Below are positions 7,538-16,654 of a DNA stretch of 64,000 nt, in pieces. Every line of letters starts with the position of its first letter. Position 1 is the first letter of the stretch. Location of the stretch: IMG/VR virus record IMGVR_UViG_3300032242_000723, positions 186,001-250,000 of that record; one strand, written 5' to 3'. The notes below the pieces were generated by a model. The model was given only the letters and a program-made list of their open reading frames with translations, ran no database searches and was not told the DNA's origin. The translations under genes and the position numbers were made by a program.

Positions 7538-9205
7538 ATGGCAGTCACCGCAAAAGCTTCAGCGTCAGTAGACGGTTTTGCTCTTAACGCATCCGCATTC
7601 TCGCCCGGAAACACTCACTATGAACTTAAGCTTCCAGACGGAAGCATTAGATATGTAAGCAACAATGCGACATTGACAGTGACGGAACGAGCGGGCTACC
7701 CTCCATTGTATTCACTTGGCTCGGATGGGTTTGTCCTTACAACAGAACAAGCTACCACTCTTAAAGCAGGCCTCGCTGGTATGTTTTCTCAGGTAAATAG
7801 TAGCATAGCGTCACAATTTACAACTGCTGCTCCTGCTCCCGCACCAGCTCCGGCACCTACTACAACGGCAAAGCCAGCAACGACCACTTCCACTACTCCT
7901 GTCATCAAAACTGTAACTCCGGTACCTGTAACTGCTCCAGTTGCTATTCCTGCTCCTAAAGTGCTACCAGCAACAATTACTAATCCATTCGTGAAGCCGA
8001 CTCCTGCTTATCAATTACCGATAACTAATACTGTTCCTAATCCTGTACTGAAACCACCGACAGCGGCATCAGCTAGAACGCTGATCACCCCTACCCCTAC
8101 AATCACTGCAAATCAACCAGCACTTATTCCTGCACCTAAACCAGTTGCTCCAACAGTCACTAACCCGTTCGCCAAACCAGTACCTGATCCTAATGCGATT
8201 GTTAATGCTGTACCGAATCCTAAGTTGAATACAAAAGTACCACCTGGAAACTATATAGCCGTAACTAATCCTCCAATTATAACAGCTGGTACGCCTCCAT
8301 TAGTAGCAGCAATACCAACCGATGCAAAACTTCCACTATCAACGTTTGTCTTTAATCCTGGTAATGGTCTTACTGGTGCAAAAACATCCGCAGCAGTTAA
8401 GCCTACTCAACAAGATCAGGCAAACTTCTTAGCGAGAAAAGATTGGAGAGTTAGACTTGCTCTTGCTCCAGATGGACCTACTACTAAGTACATGTATCGT
8501 GCAACTGATCCAGGCATACTTCAACCACTTATTGCCACAGATGGTGTCGTATTCCCGTATACTCCAACTATTAATGTTAACTACTCAGCGGCATATGAAT
8601 CAGTATCTCCTGTTCATAGTAACTACAAGATCAATCAATATACTAGTAGTTCGGTTGATTCAGTTTCAATTACTTGTGACTTTACTGCACAGGACGCAGA
8701 TGAAGCTAGATATGTATTAGCAGTTATTCACTTCTTTAGGTCAATGACTAAGATGTTCTATGGTCAAGATAAAATGCCGAAAAACGGTACTCCTCCACCA
8801 TTGTGCTATCTATTTGGATTAGGGGAATTTCAGTTTAGTGCATTACCATTAGCGATCACTACGTTCAACTATGTTCTACCTACTGATGTAGATTACATCA
8901 AAACAACGACTGCATCACCTGCAGGCTCACCACAAACTGCTATTAAAAATGCATCCAATACGATTAATAGGTTAGGATCAATATTAGGCGTAGGTGGAGT
9001 GAAAAACCCCACTAATTACGGTGCTACTCCTTCTTCAGCAGGAGAAGCTCCAACATATGTCCCTACTAAAATCCAACTATCAATCACTTGCTTGCCAATG
9101 ATGAGTAGAAATATGGTATCTAACAAGTTTAGCTTGAAAGATTACGCGAATGGAAAACTCTTACAAGGAACTGGGGCACAACACTTAGGCGGAGGGATGT
9201 GGTAA
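7538..9205 (+). CDS. Baseplate tail-tube initiator-like protein with Pro/Thr-rich N-terminal extension
   Basis: C-terminal half has DWRVRL, VFPYTP, HSNY, FTAQ, GTPPP, LP.DVDYI motifs typical of tube-like baseplate proteins; lies directly before a gp53-like gene. Confidence 0.6.
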   Translation: MAVTAKASASVDGFALNASAFSPGNTHYELKLPDGSIRYVSNNATLTVTERAGYPPLYSLGSDGFVLTTEQATTLKAGLAGMFSQVNSSIASQFTTAAPAPAPAPAPTTTAKPATTTSTTPVIKTVTPVPVTAPVAIPAPKVLPATITNPFVKPTPAYQLPITNTVPNPVLKPPTAASARTLITPTPTITANQPALIPAPKPVAPTVTNPFAKPVPDPNAIVNAVPNPKLNTKVPPGNYIAVTNPPIITAGTPPLVAAIPTDAKLPLSTFVFNPGNGLTGAKTSAAVKPTQQDQANFLARKDWRVRLALAPDGPTTKYMYRATDPGILQPLIATDGVVFPYTPTINVNYSAAYESVSPVHSNYKINQYTSSSVDSVSITCDFTAQDADEARYVLAVIHFFRSMTKMFYGQDKMPKNGTPPPLCYLFGLGEFQFSALPLAITTFNYVLPTDVDYIKTTTASPAGSPQTAIKNASNTINRLGSILGVGGVKNPTNYGATPSSAGEAPTYVPTKIQLSITCLPMMSRNMVSNKFSLKDYANGKLLQGTGAQHLGGGMW

Positions 9206-9526
9206 ATGTCATCTTCTAATCAAAATCTTTATACAGCAACTAGTCCTTATCGTGATACAAATGTAGTTGAGGGCAAGTTCCTTGATGTTCTAGAATATAG
9301 AGCAGTTCCACAAAATTCAAATGATGTATATTATGAGATTACAGCAGTTTATCAATATCGTCCTGATCTACTTGCATATGATCTATACAATGATGCAAGA
9401 TTGTGGTGGGTATTTGCTGCCCGTAATCCTAATCGTTTAGGACCTGATCCTTACTTTAGTTTTGTTGCTGGTGTAGGCATATATATACCTAATATAGACA
9501 CACTACGGACAGTACTAGGAATCTAA
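9206..9526 (+). CDS. gp53: Baseplate wedge subunit gp53-like (LysM-type)
   Basis: RPDLLAYDLYNDARLWWVF motif. Confidence 0.75.
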   Translation: MSSSNQNLYTATSPYRDTNVVEGKFLDVLEYRAVPQNSNDVYYEITAVYQYRPDLLAYDLYNDARLWWVFAARNPNRLGPDPYFSFVAGVGIYIPNIDTLRTVLGI

Positions 9527-9527
9527 C

Positions 9528-12365
9528 ATGGCCACTGTAGCTGAAACATTAGCACTTCTTGCCCAGTGTAATACACTAGCATCTGAGGTTGTTCCTAAAG
9601 CAGAAGCATTAATCGCAAAGATGCAAGCGGTAAATCCTGCTGACTCTGATGCTATACTAATACTGGCTGGATTAGAACGAGAATATCAAGCATTAAGAAA
9701 TGCATATAATACTGAAAATGGTGCAAAGTTTCAGATATACACAGATGCATTTAACACTTTAACTGAGGCTGAAAAAAAAGAAGCAAATAAAAGTCCTATT
9801 TCAAAAGCAACAGAAGGTCTTCAAACACAAATTGGAGTTACCGCTAAAAAACACAAAGCGGTATACGCTGAACAAGATGCCGCAATCACTGCTGCAACAC
9901 AAGCAACTAAACCATCAGCCCCTGAAACTCTTAAAGTTCCGGCACCAACAGCTAATACTAAAGCGAAGTTGGCAGGCGCGGCAGACGGAGACAGCGGAGC
10001 AAAACAAGCTAATCCAGCCGGTACGACTGGGGCTCCGCCTAATCAGACACCTAGTCCTGGTGGAACCAATCCTAACGTTAGTTCTTCCGGCGGTGCAAGT
10101 ACTCCTCAAAATGCGACATCAAAGGAAAATCCTCCCCCTAATAAGCCCGTAACGGTTGTTAATTCTAAACCAGGAAAACGGCTATCTAATCCATTGGGTG
10201 AATTTTCAAGCTATACATATCAGATTAGCTTGTACATGATCACTCCTGATGCATACGATGTATTCGTTGCGGGTGGCAGAAAGAAGATTGATGCATTTAA
10301 CAGTTTAACAGAAGGTGCAGGCGGGGCCTTTTTAATTGCTCAAAGCGGGGGAATTAATAATACTACTAGCAAACGTGCTCCAGGGTTTGATCTTGATTAT
10401 TACATTGATAATTTAGAACTAACATCTAATATTACAGGAAAATCTACAGGTTCGGCAGCTAACATTCTCAGTGTTAAATTTAAAATTATTGAACCTTATG
10501 GATTTTCCTTTATCAATAAGTTGAAGAACGCATCCGATGATTTAATCGATTATCGTAAGCAGATAGGCGGACCAGAAAATGCTTCTAAGCAGTTTTTCAT
10601 CTTAGGATTAAGATTTTTCGGATATGACGCATCAGGTAGACTTGTGACAGGTGAAACTGATTTTGGTAAATCTTTGGACCCTAATGCAACTGATAGTGGA
10701 ATGTTTGAAACTTTTTATGATATTTCTATCAATTCTATACAGTTTAAGATTGATGGAAAATCAACTACATATCAGGTCGAAGCCGCAGGTTTGGCTCCTG
10801 GTAAAGCATTTGGCGTAAAGAAAGGTAGAATAAGTGTTCCGCAATCGGTTACTGGTAACACGGTAGGAGAATCATTGGGAATGCTAATGGAACAACTTAA
10901 TAAAAATCAAAAAGACCTACATGCAAAGGGAACTGTAGAATTTGCAACAACTTATGATATTGATTGGTCTGCACCCGGCGCAGAAACTATCCGAGATGCT
11001 ACGATAGTATCTCCTGCAGATTTAGACAAATCAAAATGGGCAAGTAGTGGCGCCAAATCTACGGTACAATCAAATGTTCAAAAAGAAGTGAGTTCAATAC
11101 CTAAAGATAACTATAGATTGATTAGTTTTGGAGCCGATCAACCTATTTTAGCAGCCATCAATCAAGTGATTGCTCAAAGTTCATATCTAGAAAATGCGTT
11201 ACAAGTAGTAAACACTACTGCACTTGAATCAGGACCTGACGGTCAGGGTGTCCCTTCAATAGTGAAAAACACTAATAAAAATATTGCTTGGTATAACTGT
11301 AGTCCTATAATATCAAATGCAAGATGGGACGGTGCAATATCTGATTGGGCATATGATATTACCTATCGTATTCAACAATATGAAACACCGGTCATTAACA
11401 GCCCATATGCAAATCCTGGTCAAAGCTATTATGGTCCGCATAAACGTTATGAGTATTGGTATACTGGAAAAAACTCTGAAATATTATCATACGAACAGAC
11501 GATGAATAACTCATATTATGGTGCAATTGCTGCTATACCAATACCAGCTGATTCGTCTACAGGCGGCAGTAATCCAGCAGGTGCTGCAACAAAACCTGCA
11601 CAAGGTGCATCAGGTAACGCTACCAAATCTTCATTCAACATTGCTCAAGTGCCACAAATGAGAACGAATCAGAATCGTCAAGGTAAGATAGGCGACGGCA
11701 TGGAAGCTCAAAACAACTATGTAAACAATCTGTACGATATGGGAAGCTTCATTGAAGCAAAGATCAAAATTATGGGTGACCCTGACTTTTTGATTCAAGA
11801 TTCTGAATCGCGAGAATCTCAAATCTATGATAAATTTTACGGGGGTGCAAACGGATTTAATATTAATCCAAACGGTGGTCAGGTCTTTATTGAAATTGAT
11901 TTTAAAGAAGCAGTAGATTATACAGGTGACGGCTCAGCGGCTTCAGGTGGATCGGGAGGAACATTGAACATCAATGATTCAATCGTATTTGTAAAGTATC
12001 CAAAAAGTGTGAAGGATCTGATTAAGGGAGTTAGTTATCACCTTTTAACCGTTGTTAGTACTTTTCAAAACGGATCATTCACTCAGTCTCTTAGTGCATC
12101 TGTCAACAGCTTTGCTCCTGATGGGGCAGATACTACTAACTCAGCAAGACCAGCGGAACCAGCATCTAATCCTCCTGCAGGTCCTGCACCAGGTAATGGT
12201 GCTGCTGCGAAGGGAAGCACGGGTACGCCACAGAGTGCTCCTTATAACACAGGTAACCCCAAATTACCTTCATCTAATACAACAAATGCATCACCTAGTC
12301 AACCAGCAAGTACGACCGGACCGTCCGCTACACCAGTAGCTGATGATGATGGCGGTAAAAAATAA
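9528..12365 (+). CDS. Baseplate hub protein (gp27-like) with low-complexity termini
   Basis: Position between gp53 and gp5; NPL...SYTY, IIEPYG, YTGKN, I.GDP.F, F.NG.FTQ.L motifs. Confidence 0.55.
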   Translation: MATVAETLALLAQCNTLASEVVPKAEALIAKMQAVNPADSDAILILAGLEREYQALRNAYNTENGAKFQIYTDAFNTLTEAEKKEANKSPISKATEGLQTQIGVTAKKHKAVYAEQDAAITAATQATKPSAPETLKVPAPTANTKAKLAGAADGDSGAKQANPAGTTGAPPNQTPSPGGTNPNVSSSGGASTPQNATSKENPPPNKPVTVVNSKPGKRLSNPLGEFSSYTYQISLYMITPDAYDVFVAGGRKKIDAFNSLTEGAGGAFLIAQSGGINNTTSKRAPGFDLDYYIDNLELTSNITGKSTGSAANILSVKFKIIEPYGFSFINKLKNASDDLIDYRKQIGGPENASKQFFILGLRFFGYDASGRLVTGETDFGKSLDPNATDSGMFETFYDISINSIQFKIDGKSTTYQVEAAGLAPGKAFGVKKGRISVPQSVTGNTVGESLGMLMEQLNKNQKDLHAKGTVEFATTYDIDWSAPGAETIRDATIVSPADLDKSKWASSGAKSTVQSNVQKEVSSIPKDNYRLISFGADQPILAAINQVIAQSSYLENALQVVNTTALESGPDGQGVPSIVKNTNKNIAWYNCSPIISNARWDGAISDWAYDITYRIQQYETPVINSPYANPGQSYYGPHKRYEYWYTGKNSEILSYEQTMNNSYYGAIAAIPIPADSSTGGSNPAGAATKPAQGASGNATKSSFNIAQVPQMRTNQNRQGKIGDGMEAQNNYVNNLYDMGSFIEAKIKIMGDPDFLIQDSESRESQIYDKFYGGANGFNINPNGGQVFIEIDFKEAVDYTGDGSAASGGSGGTLNINDSIVFVKYPKSVKDLIKGVSYHLLTVVSTFQNGSFTQSLSASVNSFAPDGADTTNSARPAEPASNPPAGPAPGNGAAAKGSTGTPQSAPYNTGNPKLPSSNTTNASPSQPASTTGPSATPVADDDGGKK

Positions 12366-12378
12366 AGAGAACTAACAA

Positions 12379-15300
12379 ATGGCAGAAGATATCATTAAAC
12401 TAAAAGGCCCGCTAAAGTCAACTTCCCCAACAGCAGGCGGCGCCGTTACTCAAGGTTATCCTGTATTTGGTATCGTAAAAGACAATATTGATCCTACTCG
12501 TGCAGGACGAATCAGAGTTTTACTCGGCGACAGAAGCCCGGAAAATTCTGACAGATCAGACAACTGGGTAACAGTAAGTTATCTGAGTAATTTCTTCGGA
12601 GTAGTAGGTTCTACATCTGGCGGGACTGGACATGGGTCATATAAAACTAATCCTAGCTCATATGGTGAATGGCACGCGCCTCCCGATATTGGTACTAAAG
12701 TAATCTGTATCTTTATCAACGGTGACCCTAACTATGGTTTCTACATCGGTTGTGTGCCTGAAGCAGAATCACTTCACATGGTTCCAGCTATTGGCTCATC
12801 TGATAACATTGTTCCTAATGAAGGAGAAGCAAAGAGCTATGGCGGCGCCGTTAGACTTCCAGTGACTAATATTAACACAAATAATGCCTCAACTGTAAAT
12901 AGTCCTGGATTTAATTCTGCACCGCGCCCGGTACATAGTTATTCTGCTGCTATCATGAATCAACAAGGTGTATTAAGAGATCCAATCAGAGGTCCGATCT
13001 CATCAAGTGCATCACGAGAAGCAGCCAGTCGCGTTGGCTGGGGCGTTTCAACTCCAGGCAGACCTATCTATGAAGGCGGATTTGACGATTCAACTGTTGT
13101 AAAAAACTTAGATCCTAGTAAAGCACAAGACTTAACTGTCATTGCTCGTAGAGGTGGACATTCGTTTGTGATGGATGACGGAGACGTTATTGGTAGAGAT
13201 CAATTAGTCAGAATCAGAACATCATTGGGTCATCAGATTTTAATGAGTGATGACGGACAAACACTAATGATCTTGCATTCTAACGGTCAATCATATATTG
13301 AGTTGGGAAAAGAGGGTACGATTGACATGTATTCTACTAACTCAGTAAACATTAGAACTCACGGTGATTTGAATCTTCATGCTGATCGTAATGTTAATAT
13401 AAATGCAGCAGAAAACTTTAATATACAAGCTAAGAATATTCAAACGAACTCTGAAGAAGCAACCCAGATGAAAGCTGGCCAAGATATCAAACTCAGTACA
13501 TCAGGTAAACTAACAGGGTTAGCTGCTGGAGCAATTGCTTGGGCTGCCGGCGGCGATGCTTCTATGGTAGCAGGTGGACAATCATATGTCAATGGTTCTA
13601 AAGTCAATTTAAACAGCGGTGCGCCAGGAACGAACCCCGAAGCGGTACCTAGTATTCCTCTGGTAGCACAAACTGATACGCTATATGATAAAGAAAAAGG
13701 CTTCATGGCCTCACCTGGTAAATTGTTAACTATCGTATCTCGTGCGCCAGCTCACGCCCCATGGGCCAATGCAGGACAAGGGGTCGATGTTCAGGTTGAT
13801 TTAGGAGCATCAAGTCAACTTCCTCCTGCTCCTCCAGCAGATGTAGCTGCAACAACTGAAGCAGCAGCATCAACCTCTCCCGCACCACCGGCAGTAGCAA
13901 CGGTAGCCTCAGCACCTGAAGTTCCACCTGTATCATCTGCTATAGATAAAAATACTACAAGTGCGTTGATGGGTGCAGCAGCTACTAGTGCAGCGACCGG
14001 TCCACTTGCAGCAGCTACTAAACAGGGTGCCGCTATTGTAGAGACAGCAGCAGGAAAAGTTGCAGCAGTTGGAGCATTTGCACAAACAGCGACCCAGCTC
14101 GTAACAGGCGGCGTATTAAAGCCTGGAGCCGATACTCTTGTTAACGGACTTGTTCAGCAAGGTAAATCTCTTGCACAATCCATGCCAGCATCATTATTTG
14201 CAGGAGTACCAGGTGCTCAAAATTTAACATCGCTTATCAAAAACACTACTGCACAAGCAACTTCAGTCGTAAACAACTTACAACAAGCACAGACTGCTTT
14301 AGGAAAAGTAGGTATTTTAACTGGCAAAGAAGCTCCGACTGTAGTTGCAGGCATGGTAAACGCAGTTGCAACAGTTGGACTACAATCAACAGTCGCCGCT
14401 GTTAATCAAATTGCAGGTGCAGCTTCATCTCAGCTTGCAGGTGCATTAAACGAAGTAACAAGTGGCGCTGCGTCAGGTGCCGTAGGAGCATTAGCAAACG
14501 GCGTAAAAGGTGCGTTGACTACTGCGGCTGCTGGTGCAATTACCGGAGCTGTTAGTGGTGCATTAGGTAAAGTTTCAGGTGCATTAGGTGCAGCAACAGG
14601 TGCATTAGGTGCAGCAACAGGTGCGGCCGCTAACATAAAGGGCGCACTTAACTCAATAGGACAAGGTGGAGCAGCAGCCGCACTTGCCACAAGCGTTACC
14701 GGTGGATTAGGGGGAATTGCAAATGCTCTTACTGCAATGGGAACAGTACCTAACTTAGCTGGATTGTTAGATCAAGCTAAGGGTGTCGCAGGCTCAGCGT
14801 TCGCAGCAGTTAAAGATTCGTTTAAAGAATTAGAAGCAGGGGTGCCACAAAATCTTACACAGATTGCAAAAGATAATGCAGCGGAAGCAGCGGCAGTAGC
14901 GGATCAAGCAACAGGAGCTGCTACTACTTTAGGAGTCGCAGCTTCTAAAAAAACAGGCTTATTAGGTGGTGCAGCAGGTACTTTAGGTGGTGCTGCGGCA
15001 GCAGCTACCGGACTACTAGGTGGTGCAGCAGGTGCATTAAATACAGCAAAAGGTGCATTGAGTTCAGCAACAGGTGTGTTGAATACTGTATCTCAATTAG
15101 GAGATAATGTTGCACCATTTGCAAATGCGGCTGAAACACTAAACAATAGTGTAGCCAGTATAACAGGTGAAGCTACTGGTGCACTATCTCAAGTATCAAC
15201 CACATTGACTTCCGCAGCGAGCACCATCACTTCTACTATAAACAATGTAAGTGCAGTATCAAGTTCATTCAGTGGCTCAATCAAATCTGCGGTTAATACT

Positions 15301-16110
15301 ACAATCGGTGGCATTGAACATGCTACCAATGCAGTAGGGGCGATTGCTGGCGCGGGTGCGAAACTAACAGATGGATTAAAATCATTGTCTAATCAAGCAT
15401 CTGCTATTCAAGCAGGAGCTTCAGCTTCAGTGTCCTCTATTCTTGCTAGCGGAATGAGTAGTCTACCGGGAGGACTCAATACTGCTGCATCAGTGATGAA
15501 TAATGCTGCAGGAGCACTCAATAAAATTCCAGGCACAGGTGGATTAACTAGTCTAATCAAAAATGCACAATCATCAGCTATGAACGGATTAACTTCTAAG
15601 TTGAATGGGACATTAGGAGAAATTCAAGGTAAGTTGGGTGGACTAACTGCGTTTGCATCAGCGGGTTTACCCGTTGGGGCGGTAGCACAGCTACAGTCTG
15701 CTATATCTTCATTGTCGTCTGGCAGCCCAGCAGCAATCTCGTTACCAACAGTTGCATTCAACACTAACAACCGTGCAGAAATTACCGCACAAACTGATTC
15801 AGTTATCGGTGATCCAGGTATCCCGTCTCCTAATTTGACTGGTGCAATTCCTACCGAAGCAGCAGATAATCTTGCAGAATACCGTAAGGTACTATCGGAA
15901 GGTTCAGATTTGGGGTTAGCCTTCCTAAAAGCATCAACGGCGAAAGACAAAGCATTAACAGCTTACGATAAAGCTGTCAAGAAATTTCCCGCAGGTGACT
16001 CTGCAATTGCAGCGGCTCTTGCTACGTATGAAGCCGCCGCCGCAGCTAGTCTTGCTGCCCGCAACGCCTTTGACAAATTCCGCAACGATCACCCAGAGCA
16101 ATTCGCTTAA
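12379..16110 (+). CDS. gp5: Baseplate central spike (gp5/VgrG-like) with long Ala/Gly-rich C-terminal extension
   Basis: OB-fold GIVKDNIDPTRAGRIRV...PPDIGTKV, beta-helix GHQILMSDD/SYIELGKEG repeats, VNLNSG and PAH.PW motifs. Confidence 0.8.
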   Translation: MAEDIIKLKGPLKSTSPTAGGAVTQGYPVFGIVKDNIDPTRAGRIRVLLGDRSPENSDRSDNWVTVSYLSNFFGVVGSTSGGTGHGSYKTNPSSYGEWHAPPDIGTKVICIFINGDPNYGFYIGCVPEAESLHMVPAIGSSDNIVPNEGEAKSYGGAVRLPVTNINTNNASTVNSPGFNSAPRPVHSYSAAIMNQQGVLRDPIRGPISSSASREAASRVGWGVSTPGRPIYEGGFDDSTVVKNLDPSKAQDLTVIARRGGHSFVMDDGDVIGRDQLVRIRTSLGHQILMSDDGQTLMILHSNGQSYIELGKEGTIDMYSTNSVNIRTHGDLNLHADRNVNINAAENFNIQAKNIQTNSEEATQMKAGQDIKLSTSGKLTGLAAGAIAWAAGGDASMVAGGQSYVNGSKVNLNSGAPGTNPEAVPSIPLVAQTDTLYDKEKGFMASPGKLLTIVSRAPAHAPWANAGQGVDVQVDLGASSQLPPAPPADVAATTEAAASTSPAPPAVATVASAPEVPPVSSAIDKNTTSALMGAAATSAATGPLAAATKQGAAIVETAAGKVAAVGAFAQTATQLVTGGVLKPGADTLVNGLVQQGKSLAQSMPASLFAGVPGAQNLTSLIKNTTAQATSVVNNLQQAQTALGKVGILTGKEAPTVVAGMVNAVATVGLQSTVAAVNQIAGAASSQLAGALNEVTSGAASGAVGALANGVKGALTTAAAGAITGAVSGALGKVSGALGAATGALGAATGAAANIKGALNSIGQGGAAAALATSVTGGLGGIANALTAMGTVPNLAGLLDQAKGVAGSAFAAVKDSFKELEAGVPQNLTQIAKDNAAEAAAVADQATGAATTLGVAASKKTGLLGGAAGTLGGAAAAATGLLGGAAGALNTAKGALSSATGVLNTVSQLGDNVAPFANAAETLNNSVASITGEATGALSQVSTTLTSAASTITSTINNVSAVSSSFSGSIKSAVNTTIGGIEHATNAVGAIAGAGAKLTDGLKSLSNQASAIQAGASASVSSILASGMSSLPGGLNTAASVMNNAAGALNKIPGTGGLTSLIKNAQSSAMNGLTSKLNGTLGEIQGKLGGLTAFASAGLPVGAVAQLQSAISSLSSGSPAAISLPTVAFNTNNRAEITAQTDSVIGDPGIPSPNLTGAIPTEAADNLAEYRKVLSEGSDLGLAFLKASTAKDKALTAYDKAVKKFPAGDSAIAAALATYEAAAAASLAARNAFDKFRNDHPEQFA
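14576..14624 (+). repeat. 21-bp coding tandem repeat CAGGTGCATTAGGTGCAGCAA (2.3 copies)
   Basis: Encodes GALGAAT repeats in the gp5 extension. Confidence 0.85.
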
Positions 16111-16140
16111 TATGATTAAATAATATAAAGGAATAACAAT

Positions 16141-16605
16141 ATGCCACAATATATAGGATTCAGTACGATAAATGCATGTCAACCAAAAAGTACCAATCCA
16201 ATATCACTAAACGGTGTTGCAACATCTGGTTCCGGTACCGGAACTATCGGTCAGCCTATATATTGGGGAAAAAAGTTTCGGTTGCTAGACGAACAATTGG
16301 TTGCACAAGATTTCATTAATGCTCTTAATATACCATATGGTCAAAAGGTTGGTCAACCTGGATATGGAACGACACTTTGGGATTTTATCTTTGAACCGAA
16401 TACCGCAGACGTACAATTTCAAATTGAAACAGAGATAAGAAGATTAGCTGCCCAGGATCCTAGAATCGATATCAATTATGTTAAAGCATATCCGCAAGAC
16501 AATGGTATGTTAGTAGAAGTGCAACTGTCAGTTGTTCCCTTCAATAATCCAGCAGTATTAAACGTGTATTTCAATCAACAAACTGGTACTGCATCACTTC
16601 AATAA
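16141..16605 (+). CDS. gp25: Baseplate wedge / sheath initiator gp25-like
   Basis: G.K.GQP.YGT.LWD.IFEP and DPRI motifs; between gp5 and gp6. Confidence 0.85.
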   Translation: MPQYIGFSTINACQPKSTNPISLNGVATSGSGTGTIGQPIYWGKKFRLLDEQLVAQDFINALNIPYGQKVGQPGYGTTLWDFIFEPNTADVQFQIETEIRRLAAQDPRIDINYVKAYPQDNGMLVEVQLSVVPFNNPAVLNVYFNQQTGTASLQ

Positions 16606-16628
16606 TAGAAAAGCTCTTTTTTGATTAT

Positions 16629-16636
16629 GATAAATA
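16629..16636 (+). promoter_or_regulatory. Late promoter GATAAATA
   Basis: 18 nt upstream of gp6-like start. Confidence 0.7.
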
Positions 16637-16654
16637 TATCAAAAGAGAGTTACT

